This document shows, piece by piece, positions 57,207-64,000 of a stretch of 64,000 nt of DNA (positions are counted from its first letter, which is position 1; the number at the start of each line of letters is the position of its first letter). The DNA is from a virus (taxonomy: Duplodnaviria; Caudoviricetes). The DNA lies in IMG/VR virus record IMGVR_UViG_3300027996_003878; one strand, given 5' to 3'. The translations under genes were made by a program, and so were the position numbers. Below the pieces are notes generated by a model that saw nothing but the letters and a program-made list of their open reading frames with translations, did not search any database and had not been told where the DNA came from.

Positions 57207-58010
57207 TTATTTTTCATTGAATAGATTTTTCGCTCTAAATACGTCATAACCATTAAGCAATATATTATATATAAAATCTTTGTCATCTAAAAAGACTGGT
57301 ATGTCGCTATCAAGCGTCCATTTATTTTTTTTTAATTCCTTATTATTGTTATTGATTAATGTTGGTACTTTATAAGCCGCTGTACCTCGAACAAAGCTAG
57401 TCGGGTATAAATTGTAAAAATTAATATCACAAATTTCAAACAACAAATCTATTTTTTCTTCAACTGTCTTTCCGCTAATTAATCTTTCAGCTTCATGTCT
57501 GCCATAAACATCTGATATGTAATAAAAGCAAGAGTCATAAATTATTGATCTAATAGACTTCTGTTGCCTGTACATTAGATAATTGTAAACCTCAGCCAAA
57601 GACGGTAATGCAAATGCCTTTGAATAGAAGGCCACATCACCAGAATTACTTAAATCTGCCCTACACTTATTGAGTGACTTAATAAACCCTAGCGTAACCA
57701 AGCTTGCTGATATTGAAGATATTTTTTGAACGTTATTTTGATACCAAGAGTCATTGTCATTTTTAATGATTAAATTAATCTCATCATAACATTGTAATAC
57801 AAAAACTGCGCTTTGAACGTTAGTAGCCAAAAAAAGAGAAGCATCACCCATGCATTCCATTAGAAATGCATCAAACGAGCCATATTCTAAATCAAATATC
57901 TTTTTTAAATTTCTTGCTTGTATTCTTATAGCTAAAGGTAGTCCGCTTGTAATTTTATAATCATAACAGTCCTCATAAATTAACTGTCTTTTAGCTAGTG
58001 ATAATGACAT
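57207..58010 (-). CDS. Thg1-like (tRNA-His guanylyltransferase-like) protein, first catalytic Asp replaced
   Basis: AIRIQARNL (normally RxDGxxF), QCYDEINL (SDE), YLMYRQ, RGT. Confidence 0.8.
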   Translation of the reverse strand: MSLSLAKRQLIYEDCYDYKITSGLPLAIRIQARNLKKIFDLEYGSFDAFLMECMGDASLFLATNVQSAVFVLQCYDEINLIIKNDNDSWYQNNVQKISSISASLVTLGFIKSLNKCRADLSNSGDVAFYSKAFALPSLAEVYNYLMYRQQKSIRSIIYDSCFYYISDVYGRHEAERLISGKTVEEKIDLLFEICDINFYNLYPTSFVRGTAAYKVPTLINNNNKELKKNKWTLDSDIPVFLDDKDFIYNILLNGYDVFRAKNLFNEK

Positions 58011-58012
58011 TT

Positions 58013-58591
58013 TTAAAATTTAGAATCTAGTAATTTTATAAAAGAATTTATACTACCCAGCTTATTGACTGGGATGCTTATACCAAGATGACCTCCTGTT
58101 CTAGGAATCTCGATAATTTTTTCACAATAATCATTCCAAATCTTGCTATTTCGAGCGCACCACCCTGCAATGTGAAAGTGGGGTTCAAAAAAACCATCAT
58201 TAAACTTTGGCTCTTTCAAATGAATAAAAACCTGAATGTAAGCATCAATTTCTTTTGTAATTTCTTCCTTTTTTATAAAAAGGTTCAAATTATCACGGTA
58301 AGGATAATAGCTACTAGTTTTTATATTAATAAGCTTTGTTGCATTATTAACCTTTACTACTAAATCTGATTCGTCGCCCGTCCCTACACAAAATTCAATG
58401 CTACACTTTTTATGCTGGCGACTTAAAATATCAAAGATTAGCAAGCTTCCAATCAAATCTAAAAGATCACCCTCACCGCGCTCTTGATCTTGAGTCTCAT
58501 TAAATCCAGAATACCTTTTATGCGGAGTATAATTTAAATAAGTATATTGAGCGTAGTCTAAAATTTGAGAAGGAATTATATTTTCATTCAT
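58013..58591 (-). CDS. Hypothetical protein, PD-(D/E)XK-like fold
   Basis: GDESDLVV..LINIKTS..FHIAGW. Confidence 0.5.
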   Translation of the reverse strand: MNENIIPSQILDYAQYTYLNYTPHKRYSGFNETQDQERGEGDLLDLIGSLLIFDILSRQHKKCSIEFCVGTGDESDLVVKVNNATKLINIKTSSYYPYRDNLNLFIKKEEITKEIDAYIQVFIHLKEPKFNDGFFEPHFHIAGWCARNSKIWNDYCEKIIEIPRTGGHLGISIPVNKLGSINSFIKLLDSKF

Positions 58592-58653
58592 GATAAATAA
58601 TTGTAAGTGAGAGCTTTAAACCCTCACTTATACAAAATAATTAAAATTAAAAT

Positions 58654-58899
58654 CTAAACTTCAAAGTTTAGATTTATATCTAAATCGTTATTATCAACAG
58701 TTAACTTATCATTCAGAACAAACCATTGATCAAGATTACACCGCATAGCCATTACTGCTCTATCTGAGCAACGATACAATGTGTTATTAACCTCTGGTTC
58801 TTCGCTATGCAGAGCCTCTAGCGCGGAAAGTATATCGTAATGATGACTCAAAACTTCACCAGAAAACGACTCAATCTCAAAATTAATCTTACTGCTCAT
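58654..58899 (-). CDS. Small hypothetical protein
   Basis: 81 aa; GGGGAG SD. Confidence 0.65.
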   Translation of the reverse strand: MSSKINFEIESFSGEVLSHHYDILSALEALHSEEPEVNNTLYRCSDRAVMAMRCNLDQWFVLNDKLTVDNNDLDINLNFEV

Positions 58900-59063
58900 T
58901 TAAACTCCCCGTTTATTCGCACACATCAGCGTTGATGAGACATCAACCCCTTTAAGGTTATACAAAGCAAGGAAAAAGTCAAACAAAAACGAACAAATCA
59001 CAGCACAATGAACAGGTTATCAACAGCTTAAATTATACATAAACAAGAGATATATAAAAATAC

Positions 59064-59321
59064 ATGAGACTTAATGCATTATTTATGCTAACTATCTTGC
59101 TAAGCGGTTGCAACTTTGGTAATTTTCATCTTGAGTATATAGCAAATAGAAAATTCGAATATTGTATACTGTTAGACATGGCGCAAAAAATAAATGATGG
59201 CGAAAAATTAGGTTGCTGGATAAAATGGCTATACTACAATTATGAGCATGCCAGCGAAGAAAGAAAAAAATATGGAGCAAAGAGGGTTAATGATATTTAC
59301 TCCATAATTAAATTCAAATAG
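59064..59321 (+). CDS. Putative lipoprotein
   Basis: MRLNALFMLTILLSGC lipobox. Confidence 0.55.
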   Translation: MRLNALFMLTILLSGCNFGNFHLEYIANRKFEYCILLDMAQKINDGEKLGCWIKWLYYNYEHASEERKKYGAKRVNDIYSIIKFK

Positions 59322-59505
59322 ATCTAATTCTACCTGTAGCTATACCTTCTCCATTCAAGGTGTCAATAATATTATTGATAATAGCGCCGACAAGCAATAA
59401 TTGCCCGGATAATTCATCACAATCAATTAAATTATCGTTCAAGTAGTCAATTTTAGATTTTAAATCACCAAGCTCTTTAGCAATATTTTTTTTAGAGCCA
59501 AGCAT
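59314..59505 (-). CDS. Small helical hypothetical protein
   Basis: 63 aa. Confidence 0.5.
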   Translation of the reverse strand: MLGSKKNIAKELGDLKSKIDYLNDNLIDCDELSGQLLLVGAIINNIIDTLNGEGIATGRIRSI

Positions 59506-59509
59506 ATAA

Positions 59510-59905
59510 TTAATTGGTAAGATAATTTACCACAAGACTATGAATCGAGCTATCTACATTTGACTTCCAGCTATCATCATTATTTTTTATTGACTCTCTA
59601 ATTGCCGTGGCGGAGATAAAACCAATATCCGCCGGAGGCTTATGCTCAATCGTGCCGTAGCCTACGCCTCTCCCCCAATTGACGCTTTCTATGTCGGGGA
59701 TGACCATTACCTCCACATCTTGATCTTTATAAACTTCTTTGATCATTTTCACAGTTTGATCTGTGGTGAATGGGTTTTTCTCATCAGGAGGAATGTCTCG
59801 AACACAGATCAAAACAGGGGTTCCCTCATCAAGCTTTTGACTAATAAGCCACTTGTGGCCGTTATGCATCGGCTGCCATCTACCTATAAACATAGCTCTT
59901 TTCAT
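59510..59905 (-). CDS. Cytidylyltransferase-like (HxGH) nucleotidyltransferase
   Basis: FIGRWQPMHNGH, ISATAIR. Confidence 0.85.
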   Translation of the reverse strand: MKRAMFIGRWQPMHNGHKWLISQKLDEGTPVLICVRDIPPDEKNPFTTDQTVKMIKEVYKDQDVEVMVIPDIESVNWGRGVGYGTIEHKPPADIGFISATAIRESIKNNDDSWKSNVDSSIHSLVVNYLTN

Positions 59906-59906
59906 A

Positions 59907-60266
59907 TTAACCCTCATCACCTAATAATTGACTTTCAACTTGAGACCAGCTTTCAAATCTCAAAGCATGATCATCAATATAATAACTAGCAGCTATCTTC
60001 GTATTTGTAACATCATCAAAATAAGAAGAAAGATTATATTTTTCCAACCAGGGAACAATATACTTAACTGGCCTGCTTGACATAACGACCAAGCGGTAAC
60101 CTTTACTCTTTAATTTTTTTAAAGAAGCCTCTACCCCCTCCATTGGAGGATCATAAGCATTATCTAAACCTTGAAAGCCCCTGGAATATCGATGAATTAC
60201 TCCATCAAAATCAATTGCAAGGGTTTTTCTTTTTTGCTCTAGTGGTATCTCTTTAATCTCAGACAT
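59907..60266 (-). CDS. HAD-superfamily phosphatase (small)
   Basis: LAIDFDGVIH, MSSR, YYIDD. Confidence 0.85.
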   Translation of the reverse strand: MSEIKEIPLEQKRKTLAIDFDGVIHRYSRGFQGLDNAYDPPMEGVEASLKKLKSKGYRLVVMSSRPVKYIVPWLEKYNLSSYFDDVTNTKIAASYYIDDHALRFESWSQVESQLLGDEG

Positions 60267-60317
60267 AACAAATAACCAATGTCTAAAAACACATAAGAAA
60301 ATTAATGTATCGACAAA

Positions 60318-60665
60318 TTAAAAATTTATAACCTCAATACCATCTTCGGTTGTATAATAAATTTTATTAACTTTTTTTGTTTTTATTGCACTCATGCAGC
60401 GCGCACAAGGCCTGGCAAGGCCGTAAGATCCATCCCTCTTAACCCTAGCGACGTAAAGAGTACATCCAAAACCACACTTTCTTAGCACCCTTGTCTCTGC
60501 ATGAATATACGGAGTAACGACTCGATTTGAAGTATTTCGTGATGTTACAATAACACCATCTGCCCGAACAGCAGCCGCCCCCAAATAAAAATGACGACGA
60601 CGATCATTATTAAATTTAGCAGCGCTCGCCGCCAAATCAATCATTCTTTTAATTTTCAAAGACAT
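60318..60665 (-). CDS. Cytidine/deoxycytidylate deaminase-family protein
   Basis: HAE, ARPCARC. Confidence 0.85.
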   Translation of the reverse strand: MSLKIKRMIDLAASAAKFNNDRRRHFYLGAAAVRADGVIVTSRNTSNRVVTPYIHAETRVLRKCGFGCTLYVARVKRDGSYGLARPCARCMSAIKTKKVNKIYYTTEDGIEVINF

Positions 60666-60952
60666 CAATTACGGCTAATCGAACTATCAATACTTCCGTC
60701 ATCCTGTGCAACTTTTAAGAGCACCAAATATCCTATTAAATCCATAACCGTATCTTCATCTAAGTCATTTCCATGACCGTTAGAAATTCTGGACAATTTA
60801 TCATCAATGCGGATTTTTATTTGCTCAACAGAATCCGCTCTTGAAAAAACTCTGATTGGAGAAATTGCCGAATCTCCATATTTACGATTTTTTGAAATTA
60901 ATAAATCTTTAACTTGATCTACTACAGATAATATTTTATCTTCTGTACTCAT
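60665..60952 (-). CDS. DUF1599 / nucleotide-modification-associated domain 1 protein
   Basis: KNRKYGDS..RIDDKLSRI..DTVMDLIGY. Confidence 0.8.
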   Translation of the reverse strand: MSTEDKILSVVDQVKDLLISKNRKYGDSAISPIRVFSRADSVEQIKIRIDDKLSRISNGHGNDLDEDTVMDLIGYLVLLKVAQDDGSIDSSISRN

Positions 60953-60958
60953 TAATAA

Positions 60959-61834
60959 CTAATCTTCAAACTTTGAAGCCTCTCGTTTTCTATCTAAATA
61001 TACAGAAGCTCCGTTGTACAAAAAATCTGAAATCTTACGAAGATCTAACTTAGATGTATAAACAATATGACCTAGTTCTTTATTGTTTTTCGATCTTTTT
61101 ACTTTAATATCTCTTTCCCCAACACCACAATGGTTTTTCAGGACCGCCATGAAAGATTGTAAAAACTCAACAGGGCCGCTTGTTTTAAAGTATACAACCC
61201 TACCGGTATCTTTATCTTTATAAAAGTTACCCTTGGCATCCACCCACCCTCTAAGAAAATGTCGAACCAAAGAATGATTCTTAACCCAATCAGGCATGTT
61301 ATAGTTATAAGTTTTAGAAGAGGTTACATTGAATTCTTCTTCTAAATCTGTAACCATCTCCTTTGAAGATACCAAAAACCTTACCGTCAAATAAGGGTTT
61401 GTATTTTTGTTAATGGTCAATTTTTTTACAGGGGCCTCGGATTTGATCGCATTCTTTAACTTATTTAAAAACGCCTCTTCTCTAAAAGACATATTAACAA
61501 AAATTCTATAGCTAGACTTTCCGCTTGTATTTCGAGAGATATTTCCATTTCCCGCTAAAAAGCCAGCCCAATAAAACTGCTCCTCCCCTTCTCTTGAAAA
61601 GAAGCGATGATCGCAATCATATTTTCTAAAAGAAAAACCATATTTAATATTATTTTTCTTAAATAGGCCAACCATTTTTGACCGACTCATATTATACTTT
61701 TTCGCTACTTTAGAAATATTCTTGTATTTTAAGTAATCATCCTGCAATGCTTTTCTAACATCACCGCTAAGGACCCCCTCAAAATCAACAAGACTATTTA
61801 AACTTAAATCATCAAATAAAATATTTTCACTCAT
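60959..61834 (-). CDS. Two-motif LAGLIDADG-fold protein with N-terminal HTH, predicted nuclease-dead
   Basis: YWAGFLAGNG and FLRGWVDAKG. Confidence 0.8.
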   Translation of the reverse strand: MSENILFDDLSLNSLVDFEGVLSGDVRKALQDDYLKYKNISKVAKKYNMSRSKMVGLFKKNNIKYGFSFRKYDCDHRFFSREGEEQFYWAGFLAGNGNISRNTSGKSSYRIFVNMSFREEAFLNKLKNAIKSEAPVKKLTINKNTNPYLTVRFLVSSKEMVTDLEEEFNVTSSKTYNYNMPDWVKNHSLVRHFLRGWVDAKGNFYKDKDTGRVVYFKTSGPVEFLQSFMAVLKNHCGVGERDIKVKRSKNNKELGHIVYTSKLDLRKISDFLYNGASVYLDRKREASKFED

Positions 61835-61904
61835 AGGGATAATCTAACCACCCTGGTCGTAATTGCAATAGTAAAAAATCTATTAAATTAAAAAGTAAAT
61901 ACAG

Positions 61905-62252
61905 TTAGTTTGACTTTTTTGAGCGCTCCTTCATTCGAGCTGATTTGTAATTCAAATCAAAGTTATTATTGGTTTTTAATTTTAATTTAGAATGAAGCTC
62001 TTTGAGAGCTGCCTGTGGCGCACCCATAATACTTATAGTTACAAAATCTTCAAAGCCGTCTGGGTTCTTTAGTACCGCCTTTGCAATAACGCTTTCCCCT
62101 ACGCCATCTTCGCCTTCGGAATAACAGTAAACGAAAGAAATTAAAACATGATCAGTTTTAAACGGCTTTGTGGTGTCGTAATAAATACTAGCAAGGTTAA
62201 TAATATCTTTAATGGTTTCTTTAAACCCCCTACTATCAAATTTCAATTCCAT
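61905..62252 (-). CDS. Hypothetical protein
   Basis: 115 aa. Confidence 0.6.
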   Translation of the reverse strand: MELKFDSRGFKETIKDIINLASIYYDTTKPFKTDHVLISFVYCYSEGEDGVGESVIAKAVLKNPDGFEDFVTISIMGAPQAALKELHSKLKLKTNNNFDLNYKSARMKERSKKSN

Positions 62253-62304
62253 ACTTGTGAATATAACACTATTGATTCAATCAATAAAACAACATTGTTT
62301 TGAA

Positions 62305-62715
62305 ATGAAAAAGGACAGAAATTACTTTAATAATCGAAGAAAAAAGAGAAGAAAAGAATTTCTAGATACTCTTGGTGGCAAATGTGACAGCTGCGGAGCC
62401 ATTGATGGGTTGCAATTTGATCACATAGATCCAAAAACTAAAAAATTCAATATATCAAAAAAAATAGATGCCCCAAGAGAAATTATTATTGAAGAATTGA
62501 AAAAATGCAAAATACTGTGCGAGTCTTGTCATAGAAAAAAGACAAGAGATAATTGGGAATATGGAAGACCAAAAGCAGAACACGGCTCTTTATGGATGTA
62601 TAAAAAGTACAAATGTCGTTGCGATAAATGCAAAAAAACAATGAGCGATTACAATAAAAACAAAAGAATTCAGCTAATTAAAGAAATATCTGACCTTCTT
62701 AAAATTATGCTTTAA
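62305..62715 (+). CDS. HNH endonuclease with C-terminal CRC.C zinc motif
   Basis: CDSCG..FDHIDP..LCESCHRKKT..HG..Y..KCRCDKC. Confidence 0.85.
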   Translation: MKKDRNYFNNRRKKRRKEFLDTLGGKCDSCGAIDGLQFDHIDPKTKKFNISKKIDAPREIIIEELKKCKILCESCHRKKTRDNWEYGRPKAEHGSLWMYKKYKCRCDKCKKTMSDYNKNKRIQLIKEISDLLKIML

Positions 62716-62745
62716 TTATATTTTTTAAATATTTTTATAATTATT

Positions 62746-62788
62746 AATAATAATTTATTATAATTGTGTAAGATAATAAATTATTATT
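62746..62788. repeat. All-A/T perfect 16-bp inverted repeat with an 11-nt loop
   Basis: AATAATAATTTATTAT-N11-ATAATAAATTATTATT. Confidence 0.8.
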
Positions 62789-62803
62789 TATTTAGGAGTA
62801 AAA

Positions 62804-63559
62804 TTGAAAAATATATATTTGTTTCTTTTTTTATTATTATTTTCATTTGGATGTTGCATTAATAAAACTAAGTCTCCTGAGGTAAAGCCGCCGAAATTAA
62901 GTCAGCAAAGCAGTGAAGTATCTGAAGCTCTAGCTTTAAAGTATCAAAACTCATCTGTGGCGTTAATTGTAAATTTGCCAAACACCTACAAAACCTATTG
63001 TAGCGGTGTGTGGGTTTCTAAGTACACAATGGTCACAGCCAAACATTGCGTTGAGCTTGAAGGATTGCTTGAAGGAGAGGATGTAATAGGAATGCCTTTA
63101 AGCTTAATAAGCTACAACGAATTCAGAGCCACTTTTCCACCAAAAAAGCGCGCAAAAGCCTTCAGCGCTATTGTTAGTGGCATATCTGAAGGCTCCGACA
63201 TCGCTCTTCTTACTACAAAAGAAGAAGTTGCTCATGAGACAGTAAGGGTGCCTGAAAGGCCAATCGCCGTTGGAGGGCCAGCTTATATAGTCGGAAGCAC
63301 CGCTGGCTTTCCATTTACGTTTATGAAGGGCGTTGTTTCTCAGATAAGAAAAATGAATATTTTTAAAAATAAGCCACCAATGAAAACGGTTCACATAACC
63401 GCTCATGTATGGTTTGGGAATTCAGGAGGCCCTGCTATTGACTCAAACGGAAACCTGCTGGGAATATGCTCTTTTATGATGAGGGCTCCAGGAGCCACAT
63501 TCTTCGTACACAGAGACGAGGTAATAAAGTTATTAGATAAATACGAAATAGAATTCTAA
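62804..63559 (+). CDS. Trypsin-like serine protease, probable lipoprotein
   Basis: Lipobox SFGC; TAKHC, SDIALL, GNSGGP triad intact; AGGAG SD, TTG start. Confidence 0.9.
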   Translation: MKNIYLFLFLLLFSFGCCINKTKSPEVKPPKLSQQSSEVSEALALKYQNSSVALIVNLPNTYKTYCSGVWVSKYTMVTAKHCVELEGLLEGEDVIGMPLSLISYNEFRATFPPKKRAKAFSAIVSGISEGSDIALLTTKEEVAHETVRVPERPIAVGGPAYIVGSTAGFPFTFMKGVVSQIRKMNIFKNKPPMKTVHITAHVWFGNSGGPAIDSNGNLLGICSFMMRAPGATFFVHRDEVIKLLDKYEIEF

Positions 63560-64000
63560 TCTTCATCGCTATAAGAATAAAACTCTAAAATCTTATCAGA
63601 AATTGATTTTAGAGTTTTTTGTTCAATTTTCCTAACGCCCTCCCGACTTAGATCTAACATCTCAGCGACTTTAACAAGGCTCGCGCATTCATTCTCAGAG
63701 TTAAATCCAAATCTTTGTTGGATAATAAACTTCTGCCTGTCATTTAATTGATTTAAAATAAAATTAACATCATCAATTAAACGCTTTTTCAGCAATGAGC
63801 CGTCTGGACTCTGAAATACATTGCTCTGAAGGGAGTCAGAGCTGCTTTTAAACAATGCAACATTTGTTGAAAATCCTTTTCCGAAGTCTTCTGCTTTATT
63901 TGGATGCTCCTCAAAGGAAGAATAGTTGAAATTATTTAAAACAACGTTTATAATGTCTTTTGTATTTCCTGTAATTTCTTTATATTCTTCTTCATTTAAA
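63556..64000 (-). CDS. Sigma-70 family RNA polymerase sigma factor, C-terminal part (5' end outside the window)
   Basis: LNDRQKFIIQQRFG..SLVKVAEMLDLSREGVRKIEQKTL; frame stays open to the window edge. Confidence 0.85.
   Translation of the reverse strand, partial: LNEEEYKEITGNTKDIINVVLNNFNYSSFEEHPNKAEDFGKGFSTNVALFKSSSDSLQSNVFQSPDGSLLKKRLIDDVNFILNQLNDRQKFIIQQRFGFNSENECASLVKVAEMLDLSREGVRKIEQKTLKSISDKILEFYSYSDED

Noticed and set aside
59510-59905. NAD reconstitution pathway (NARP1/NARP2)
   Set aside because: No Adps/PRS-like or Nampt partner is in the window; the short HxGH protein alone is not enough.
44187-61834. A-to-I editing by the deaminase (60318) restoring Asn to Asp in the dead enzymes
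   Set aside because: It could fix GN to GD, but not His to Arg, GNHE to GATE/GVNE, Asp to Gln or Asp to Lys, so editing cannot restore the active sites.
911-63406. Many 60-128 aa opposite-strand or alternate-frame ORFs in the track (e.g. 911, 2872, 10593, 15409, 24449, 34999, 51183, 56581, 63104)
   Set aside because: They are shadow ORFs overlapping well-supported genes, with no motifs or RBS.
1-64000. Genome-wide stop-codon reassignment (TAG or TGA)
   Set aside because: Long genes (dnaE, topA, sbcC) read uninterrupted in code 11, and TAG/TGA end genes at expected positions (e.g. 23101, 47240, 48742, 20866). Only one internal TAG was found.
1-64000. tRNA, rRNA, tmRNA or riboswitch genes
   Set aside because: Intergenic gaps are short and AT-rich, with no cloverleaf or T-loop signature visible by eye; tRNAscan-SE/Infernal would be needed to exclude them fully.
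1-64000. Reduced bacterial (CPR-like) chromosome
   Set aside because: Host-type genes are isolated from their operons and mixed with gp32/UvsY-like genes and many ORFans on one strand. A phage is more parsimonious, although no terminase or capsid gene is identifiable in this window.

Overview
This 64 kb window is AT-rich and gene-dense, with almost all genes on the minus strand. It most likely comes from a huge (jumbo) bacteriophage. That is an inference from gene content: many ORFans, a T4-like gp32/UvsX/UvsY/gp46/gp47 recombination set, and host-type genes (rpsU, infC, tig, clpP) stripped of their usual bacterial operon neighbours. No rRNA, tRNA or CRISPR array was seen. Layout: 0-8 kb, putative virion/head proteins plus a class II nucleotidyltransferase. 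8-30 kb, replication, recombination and chaperone genes (split DnaG, DnaJ, RuvC-like, SSB, RecA, UvsY-like, DnaE, trigger factor, RecB-like nuclease, SbcCD). 29-42 kb, translation and other host-type genes (thioredoxin, peptide deformylase, IF-3, dUTPase, HNHs, bS21, AAA ATPase, TopA). 42-64 kb, an accessory region with sigma70-type promoters and intrinsic terminators (MscS-like, frameshifted cysK, FtsK motor, ClpP, two HU, DHH, Thg1-like, NTase/HAD/deaminase, LAGLIDADG, protease, sigma factor). Main signals: (1) several full-length enzyme homologues have lost their catalytic residues (two PPP phosphatases, Thg1, LAGLIDADG, possibly DUF488-like and MazG-like), suggesting a pseudo-enzyme decoy or sponge repertoire. 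(2) There is a translation-initiation and nascent-chain processing kit, whose infC must start at a non-AUG codon, alongside candidate leaderless genes. (3) A candidate zinc-ribbon-containing sigma-like factor. (4) A split primase. (5) Three disrupted reading frames, all in plus-strand islands. All family calls come from motif recognition by eye; no database searches were run.
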